From: Arcobacteraceae bacterium
GTDB taxonomy: Bacteria; Campylobacterota; Campylobacteria; Campylobacterales; Arcobacteraceae
Length of the DNA: 53,730 nucleotides
Direction: 5' to 3'
Assembly (NCBI GenBank): GCA_048268245.1
Contig: JBLWVX010000016.1
Span: 1 to 53,730 of the forward strand
This document shows positions 47,487 to 53,730 of the stretch, in pieces. A program made the position numbers and the translations under genes. Numbering within the stretch: the first letter of the stretch is position 1; every line of letters starts with the position of its first letter. The notes beneath the pieces are model-generated. The model was not told where the DNA came from, did no database searches, and saw only the letters and a list, made by a program, of their open reading frames with translations.

Positions 47487-48782
47487 TTACTTATTGTTTT
47501 CAAAATGTTTATAAAAGTAGCCCTCTACTGCTCTTTTCTTAGCTCTTGTTGTGTAAAGTTGTCCACTTTTTACATCTTGTGTTACAGTTGAACCTGCACC
47601 AATCATCGTATTATCTTCAAGTGTTACAGGAGCGATTAATTGTGTATCTGAACCTACGAATACATTTTTACCTATAATTGTTTTGTATTTAGAGATACCA
47701 TCATAATTACAAGTAATTGTACCACAACCAATATTTGTACCCTCATCAATTTCACAATCTCCAAGGTATGTTAAATGTCCTGCTTTAACACCATTTAGTT
47801 TTGCTTTTTTAGTCTCTACAAAATTGCCTATGTGTGTAGATTTCAGTTCACTTCCTGGTCTAATTCTAGCCATTGGTCCTGCATCACTATCAATTAAAAT
47901 AGAGTCTTCAACTACTGTGTTTGTTTTAATATGAGAGTTTACAATTTTTGTATTTCCTAAAAGTGTAACTCCATTCTCAATTACAGATTCACCTTCAATC
48001 TCAACACCCTCTTGGATATAAATTGTATCTGGTAATCTCATAATAACACCAGCTTTTAAAAACTCTTTTTTTATTCTATTTTGATGAATAACTTCTGCAT
48101 CTGCTAACTCAACCTTTGAGTTAACTCCTTTGAAATTCTCTTCATTTACAGCTAATGGTTTTAAAGTTTTACCTTCATTTATTGCCATTTCAATTAAATC
48201 AGTAATATAGTACTCTTTTTGAGCATTATCATTTGAAAGTTTTGGAAGATTTTCTAATAAAAATTTTGTTTCAAACTGATAAATTCCTGCATTTGCAGTT
48301 GTAACAGCTAATTCAGCTTCAGAAGCATCTTTTTGCTCAACTATTTTTTTAACATTTCCATTTTCAACAATAACTCTTCCATAACCATCTGCACTATCAA
48401 GTTCTAATACAGACATTACAATAGTTGCATCAATATCAAATTTTTTTAACTCTTCTGATTGAATTAATGGCATATCACCATTTAAAACTAATGTTTGCTC
48501 ATATTTAGGAGTTATCCCCATAACAGCCCCACCAGTTCCTGGATAATTTTCATGATCTTGTATTACATAATTTATATTTTCAAAGTATTTTTCCATTTCA
48601 CTTTGAACTCTTGAAGCTTGATGATATAAAACAACAGTTATATCATCACTTAATTTTAATGCCTCTTTTATAGAGTAGTATAACATTGGCTTTCCAGAAA
48701 TCTCATGTAAAACCTTTGGTTTTTCTGATTTCATTCTTGTGCCTGCACCTGCAGCTAAAATAATGATTGACTTATTGTTCAT
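47487..48782 (-). CDS. glmU: UDP-GlcNAc pyrophosphorylase / glucosamine-1-P acetyltransferase
   Basis: LAAGAGTRMKS..PK, GYGR, EYYITD, GNFVETK, HLTYLGD, TCNYDG. Confidence 0.98.
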   Translation of the reverse strand: MNNKSIIILAAGAGTRMKSEKPKVLHEISGKPMLYYSIKEALKLSDDITVVLYHQASRVQSEMEKYFENINYVIQDHENYPGTGGAVMGITPKYEQTLVLNGDMPLIQSEELKKFDIDATIVMSVLELDSADGYGRVIVENGNVKKIVEQKDASEAELAVTTANAGIYQFETKFLLENLPKLSNDNAQKEYYITDLIEMAINEGKTLKPLAVNEENFKGVNSKVELADAEVIHQNRIKKEFLKAGVIMRLPDTIYIQEGVEIEGESVIENGVTLLGNTKIVNSHIKTNTVVEDSILIDSDAGPMARIRPGSELKSTHIGNFVETKKAKLNGVKAGHLTYLGDCEIDEGTNIGCGTITCNYDGISKYKTIIGKNVFVGSDTQLIAPVTLEDNTMIGAGSTVTQDVKSGQLYTTRAKKRAVEGYFYKHFENNK

Positions 48783-48787
48783 ATTTA

Positions 48788-50713
48788 TTATCCTTCTAAA
48801 ACTTCGTTTACTTCTTTGATTAAATTTTCAGCAACTTCTCTTAATGAATGTCGCATTTTATCATCACTAATATTGCTTTTTAATAATTTGAGAAGATTTT
48901 TTTCTTTATCTTTGAAAAATTGTGCAACTTTTTTACTTTTTGGGTTTCTGTTATACATTAAAACCCCTGAAGCAACAAGAGCAATTACAAGTTTTGCATG
49001 TCCAAAAATAGCTGCATAGTTTAGAAGAGTAAATCCTGCATTATCAGGTTCATTCATATTTGCACCTGCTGCTATTAACCATCTTGCAATTTTATAGTTG
49101 CCAGTCCATTGAGTATGATGTAGAGCTGTTCTTCCTTGTTTATCTTTAATATCTAAATCCACTTTTTTTGTAAGTAATTTTTCAACAAGCTCTAAATCAT
49201 CAGCAATTACAGCTTTATGATAAACAGTTCGTCCATCTTTATCTTGTGCTTCAAGGTTTACTCTAAATTTTAAAAAGAAAACAAGTCTTTCTAAAAATCT
49301 CTCTCTAGATTCTTTGATTTTTATTTTCACACCTGCATCAATCATTACAGATAAAGGAGTATTTCCCTCTTTATCTTTTATATTTGGATTCATACCATAA
49401 TTTAAAAGAGTTTTTATTAATTCAAAATGATTATATTTAACCACATCAAATAATACATTTCTCCCATCACTTCTTATATCATCAAGTTTTGGCTTTAAAG
49501 GTAATAGTTTTTTGAATAAAATCAAATAACCTTTTGGTTCTGCTTCTTCATTTTGAATAAGGTTTTCTGTTCTATAAATTTTTTCTATTAAATAATCAAA
49601 TGCAGTTTTTTCTTCATGGTCTTTGATATTTACATCTACACCGTGTTTAACCAAATAAGAAATCATTTTAAAGTTAGGATAGCCTTTTAATACTTCTTTG
49701 AAGAAAATAGTTTGACCTTTTTCATCTTTGGTATTTATATTTGCACCACTTTTTAATAAAAATTCTATATTTTCATAGTTTTGCTTTTGTATTTCTTTCC
49801 ATAAAGTAGTATTTCCTTCATCATCAAATCTATCAACTAGTAGACCATTTTTGATTAATAAAGAAGCCAAATTTAAGTAGTTTTTATCACCTTTGATAGT
49901 TATATATTTTCCATCTAATTCCGTAGATTTTAGTTTCTGAAGCTCTAAAACATATAAAATTTCATCAAGTATAGTTCTGTTATTTTTATCAACAGTATTT
50001 AGGTTTACTCCTTTTTTTACTAAAAGAAGTATTAAATCAATACTATTTTCACCTTGTAAAATAGCATTAAATAAAATAGTTTGCCCATAAATATCTTTTT
50101 TATTAATATCAATCCCATTTAAAATAAGTGTTTTTGCAATTTCTGTATCTTCTTTTAATACAGCTGGGAATAATACTGTTTGCTCATTTTCATCCAAAAG
50201 GTTAATATCATCAATATTGTTAATTACCTCTTTTACAATATTTACATTTCCACCCTCAACAGCGTCATATAAAACTGTTTTATTATAGTTGTCTTTTAGA
50301 TTGTATTCAGGATTATAGTTCATTAAAACTCTAAAGGTTTTATAATCACCCTCTAGTGCCACATCTTGTAGAATTGTTCTATTTGAAGAGTTTTTGTCAT
50401 TTACATTACAGCCATTATCAAGAAGAAATCGAATCATCATTCCATCTCCTCTAAAAACAGCTTCAGCTAAAGCATTTCTTCCATACTCATCTTCAATAGA
50501 TAAATCTATATTATTTTCAAGAAGAATTTTTATTGCATCAATTTTTCTTTTTGCAATTAGAGAAAAAAGAATTGTTCTTCCTTTTTCATCTACTTGATTT
50601 ATATCTATGCCATTATCGATTAATTTTTGAATTTTACTATTATCAATATTGCTTTTAAGTAGCTCTTTTTGAAAAGAATCATAATCACTACTTTTAAACA
50701 ACTTATTAATCAT
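48788..50713 (-). CDS. Ankyrin-repeat protein
   Basis: Many ~33-aa repeats of the form D..G.T.L..A.....(I/V)..LL..G.d.N. Confidence 0.92.
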   Translation of the reverse strand: MINKLFKSSDYDSFQKELLKSNIDNSKIQKLIDNGIDINQVDEKGRTILFSLIAKRKIDAIKILLENNIDLSIEDEYGRNALAEAVFRGDGMMIRFLLDNGCNVNDKNSSNRTILQDVALEGDYKTFRVLMNYNPEYNLKDNYNKTVLYDAVEGGNVNIVKEVINNIDDINLLDENEQTVLFPAVLKEDTEIAKTLILNGIDINKKDIYGQTILFNAILQGENSIDLILLLVKKGVNLNTVDKNNRTILDEILYVLELQKLKSTELDGKYITIKGDKNYLNLASLLIKNGLLVDRFDDEGNTTLWKEIQKQNYENIEFLLKSGANINTKDEKGQTIFFKEVLKGYPNFKMISYLVKHGVDVNIKDHEEKTAFDYLIEKIYRTENLIQNEEAEPKGYLILFKKLLPLKPKLDDIRSDGRNVLFDVVKYNHFELIKTLLNYGMNPNIKDKEGNTPLSVMIDAGVKIKIKESRERFLERLVFFLKFRVNLEAQDKDGRTVYHKAVIADDLELVEKLLTKKVDLDIKDKQGRTALHHTQWTGNYKIARWLIAAGANMNEPDNAGFTLLNYAAIFGHAKLVIALVASGVLMYNRNPKSKKVAQFFKDKEKNLLKLLKSNISDDKMRHSLREVAENLIKEVNEVLEG

Positions 50714-50782
50714 GGCATATTTTCCTTTTAATTTAAAATACTTTTGTTTTTAGTAAATATTTTATCTAAATTTGTATTTTTT

Positions 50783-52360
50783 CTACTTAAAACTATCTTT
50801 ATTTCGTCTTCTACCATATACTCTTTTTTTATTATTATTTTTTTCACTGTAGTCTCTGCTTGTAGCTCTTTTAAAATTATTTGATCTATCTTGAACAAGA
50901 TTAGATTTTAGAGTTTGTTCAATAAACAAGTTAAAAGAGTTCCTTAAAATAAAAGCCTTATCATGATCTGGAAAAATATCTGGCATTTTATATGAAAGCC
51001 ATAAATATAAAGATATTTTTTTAACTTCATCTTCTACTAAAAGTAAATCTCTTTGTGTTATTTCATTCTTTTTAGGAAGAGTAATAGATGGTCTATATCT
51101 ACAAACTTTTTTTCTTATAACTGCAGCGATATATGCTTGATAAGCTTGTAGGATGATTGGTGACTTAGTCGTAATAGGAGCTTGTGCTAATAAATATTTA
51201 TCCTCAAGTTTTAAATTATGTTTTGAATCTACAATTTTTGATGCTTCAAGCATTGAAGAAATATTTGAAGCAATAAAAGGTCCGCTAAAATACATATTCT
51301 TAGCAAAATAGATTAAAGTTTTTGTTAAAGACTTTGTTTTTATATGACTTGCTAATCCTTCTAATTGAGCAGCATTGATTTTTACTTTAAAAGGTGGTTT
51401 TATAGTTTTTATAGGTTTTTTATATTCACTTTGAATATGCTTTAAAACATCTCTTCTTGTTGCTCCAAAAAGTCCTGCTTCAAAATGACCATACCTTCCT
51501 GCTCGACCTACTATTTGAACTATTTCATTTACAGTTAATTTTCTTCTGCTTACTCCATCAAATTTAGTATCTGTTGTAAAAAGAATTGTATGTATAGGAA
51601 GATTTAATCCCATAGCGATTGCATCAGTTGCTATTAAAATATCACTTTGCCCTTCTCTGAATCTTTTTGCTTCATCACGTCTTACTTCAGGAGATAAATT
51701 TCCATAAATCACTGAAACTCTATACTTTTTTTGAAGCTTTTGTTTTAATTTTAAAACATCTGCTCTTGAAAATGCAATAAGTGCTGTTCCGCTACTTAGA
51801 TTATCCAAGGAGGTATGTTTTTGCATAACTTCTAAAGGTGTTTTTCTTTTATGTTTTACAACTTTTAATTCCTCACCTAAATAAGAAGCTATTTTTTTTA
51901 CTGCTTCTAGGGCATTTACACTTCCTGTCATAATTACTTTTTTTGAAGGTACACCTATAATAGCGTTTACCCATGCCCAACCTCTGTCATTGTCATCCAA
52001 CATTTGAACTTCATCAATAACTGCAACATCAACATCTAAATCAAAATCCAGCATCTCTATAGTTGAACAAACATGAGCGGCATCTTCATTAAAAATTTGT
52101 TCTTCACCTGTTACTAAACTTGCATCAATTTTTGATGCTTTTAAATCCTCATATCCTTCTAAAGCCAAAAGCCTTAATGGAGCTAAGTATAAACCTGAAT
52201 TTGCTTGCTTTAACTGATTCATAGCATTGTAAGTTTTTCCTGAGTTTGTAGGTCCTACGTAAAACTCTAATTTTCTGTTTAAACTTCTTGCTAGAGGGTA
52301 AAGCTCTTTTAAATCACAATTTAATAGTGTGTGTAGTTGTTCTTGCCAATTTTCTTTCAT
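50783..52360 (-). CDS. SUV3-like superfamily-2 helicase
   Basis: GPTNSGKT, APLRLLA.E, DEVQ...DRGWAW, ATDAIAMGLNL, QIVGRAGR; start placed at ATG 52360 (MKENWQ) to avoid overlap with trmA. Confidence 0.9.
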   Translation of the reverse strand: MKENWQEQLHTLLNCDLKELYPLARSLNRKLEFYVGPTNSGKTYNAMNQLKQANSGLYLAPLRLLALEGYEDLKASKIDASLVTGEEQIFNEDAAHVCSTIEMLDFDLDVDVAVIDEVQMLDDNDRGWAWVNAIIGVPSKKVIMTGSVNALEAVKKIASYLGEELKVVKHKRKTPLEVMQKHTSLDNLSSGTALIAFSRADVLKLKQKLQKKYRVSVIYGNLSPEVRRDEAKRFREGQSDILIATDAIAMGLNLPIHTILFTTDTKFDGVSRRKLTVNEIVQIVGRAGRYGHFEAGLFGATRRDVLKHIQSEYKKPIKTIKPPFKVKINAAQLEGLASHIKTKSLTKTLIYFAKNMYFSGPFIASNISSMLEASKIVDSKHNLKLEDKYLLAQAPITTKSPIILQAYQAYIAAVIRKKVCRYRPSITLPKKNEITQRDLLLVEDEVKKISLYLWLSYKMPDIFPDHDKAFILRNSFNLFIEQTLKSNLVQDRSNNFKRATSRDYSEKNNNKKRVYGRRRNKDSFK

Positions 52361-52416
52361 GGACGTATTATAGTTAATACTATATAATATCGTATTAAAT
52401 ACATACAGGATTATAA

Positions 52417-53538
52417 ATGAATTGTAAATATTTTGGGCAATGTGGCTCATGTACTTTATTTGACAAAAATTATGAAGAACAACTTGAAGTAAAAATACTA
52501 AGAGAAAAAGAAAGATTCTCAAACTTTACAACTAAAGAGTTTGATATTATCAAAAGTGATGAAGAAAACTTTAGATATAGAGCCGAATTTAGAATTTGGA
52601 AAAACTTTGATAAAAATGACAATCCAACCCTATCTTATGCAATGACAAGTTTTGATAAATCAGCTTTAGAAATAGATTCATGTCAAATAGTAAGTTTACA
52701 AATAAAAGAGCTTATGCCCAAACTTTTAGAAGAGATACAATCTTCAAATACCATGTCTTTTAAAATTTATGCAATAGAGTTCTTAGGTTCAACAACAAAT
52801 GATATGCTTGTAACTATAATCTATCATAGAAAACTTGATGAACAATGGAATGAAAAAGCAAAAGAACTTCAAGAAAAACTTAATATAAAGATTATTGGAA
52901 GAAGTAGAAAACAAAAAGTTACACTAAGTAATGATTATATAGATGAAACTTTAAATATAAACAATCAAAACTTTTACTTCCAATATAAAGAAGGTGGGTT
53001 TACTCAACCTAATACAAAAGTAAATATTAAAATGATTGAATGGGTATTAAATAACATCAATCGAAATGAAAGTGATTTATGTGAATTATATTGTGGTGGT
53101 GGAAATTTTACAATCCCTTTATCTACAAAATTCAGAAAGGTTTTAGCAACTGAGATTTCAAAAACATCAATAAATTCAGCCTTAAAAAACTGTGAATTAA
53201 ACAGTACTTCAAATATCGATTTTATAAGGATGAGTGCAGAAGAGTTCGTAGAAGCACTTGAAGAAAAAAGAGAGTTCAATAGATTAAAAAATATTGACTT
53301 GAAAAGCTACAATTTCTCAACTATTTTTGTTGATCCTCCAAGAGCAGGACTTGATGATTTAACAAGAGAACTAGTTACAAATTATAATCAAATAGTTTAT
53401 ATTTCATGTAATCCCGAAACTCTTCATAGAGATTTAGAAGTACTTACAAAGACTCATAGCATAGAAAACTTTGCATTATTTGACCAGTTTGCATATACAA
53501 AACATATTGAATCTGGCGTTATTTTAAACAAAATTTAA
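52417..53538 (+). CDS. trmA: tRNA (uridine(54)-C5)-methyltransferase
   Basis: RYRAEFRIW, FTQPN, ELYCGGGNFT, VDPPRAG, YISCNP, DQF.YT.H.E. Confidence 0.93.
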   Translation: MNCKYFGQCGSCTLFDKNYEEQLEVKILREKERFSNFTTKEFDIIKSDEENFRYRAEFRIWKNFDKNDNPTLSYAMTSFDKSALEIDSCQIVSLQIKELMPKLLEEIQSSNTMSFKIYAIEFLGSTTNDMLVTIIYHRKLDEQWNEKAKELQEKLNIKIIGRSRKQKVTLSNDYIDETLNINNQNFYFQYKEGGFTQPNTKVNIKMIEWVLNNINRNESDLCELYCGGGNFTIPLSTKFRKVLATEISKTSINSALKNCELNSTSNIDFIRMSAEEFVEALEEKREFNRLKNIDLKSYNFSTIFVDPPRAGLDDLTRELVTNYNQIVYISCNPETLHRDLEVLTKTHSIENFALFDQFAYTKHIESGVILNKI

Positions 53539-53601
53539 ACTTAGCTTAGCTAATATATATTCATATATAATGTAATGGAATCCTAAAAAGGGAATAATAA
53601 A

Positions 53602-53730
53602 ATGAGAATCAATACAAACATAGCTTCTTTACAAGCAAGAGAAGCAAATGCAAATACAAATAAAACTTTAAACTCTTCATTAGAGAAATTAAGTTCAGGT
53701 CTTAGAATCAATAAAGCAAGTGATGATGCT
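53602..53730 (+). CDS. Flagellin, N-terminal part (runs off window; absent from ORF track)
   Basis: [12 protein letters not shown]...[18 protein letters not shown], the canonical flagellin N-terminus; AAGGGA RBS. Confidence 0.95.
   Translation, partial: MRINTNIASLQAREANANTNKTLNSSLEKLSSGLRINKASDDA

Noticed and set aside
52361..52522. N-terminal extension of the helicase overlapping trmA
   Set aside because: Artefact of longest-ORF calling; ATG 52360 leaves a normal divergent promoter gap. The same applies to the extensions of mltA (31596-31634) and the prepilin peptidase (45538-45564).
9196..53279. Short antisense ORFs in the track (e.g. 9196-9525, 9556-9825, 12769-12984, 22802-23101, 33788-34339, 36802-37398, 46189-46572, 53004-53279)
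   Set aside because: They lie opposite well-supported genes and show no family motifs; shadow ORFs.
1..53730. CRISPR array, rRNA or IS transposase
   Set aside because: No regularly spaced repeat-spacer units, rRNA-like sequence or transposase motifs seen by eye.

Overview
AT-rich chromosomal window from a Campylobacterota bacterium. Gene content and order (htrA-cprRS, hrcA-grpE-dnaK, glmU-coaBC-uppS-prepilin peptidase-lptF-truA, several AHQWRQPL-type histidine kinases) point to Arcobacteraceae; this is inference, not a database result. The standout is a ~5.5 kb integrative element (2403-7936) in the 3' end of tRNA-Cys(GCA), bounded by a perfect 31-bp direct repeat. It carries five genes: a compact P2 gpA-like HUH rolling-circle initiator, a small probable ssDNA-binding protein, a membrane-anchored FtsK/TcpA-like ATPase, a SHOCT-domain lipoprotein and a tyrosine integrase, with no capsid or T4SS genes. 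I know this Rep+FtsK+Int layout mainly from Gram-positive AICEs/IMEs. The rest is mostly core genome: a Leu-Ser-Cys tRNA operon, ilvD, htrA-cprRS, a late cobamide (nucleotide-loop) cluster split by a KAP NTPase and a NarX-like kinase, dsbD/thioredoxin, a GGDEF-EAL protein, psd, mltA, a decayed DedA gene, the heat-shock operon with CIRCE and HAIR-like operators, a TAXI-TRAP transporter, a two-component pair, an ankyrin protein, a SUV3-like helicase, trmA and the start of a flagellin. Non-coding signals include an ERIC-like element between grpE and dnaK, a probable ATA start codon for cprR, and an inverted repeat covering the cobQ ribosome-binding site. All family calls come from motif recognition by eye.
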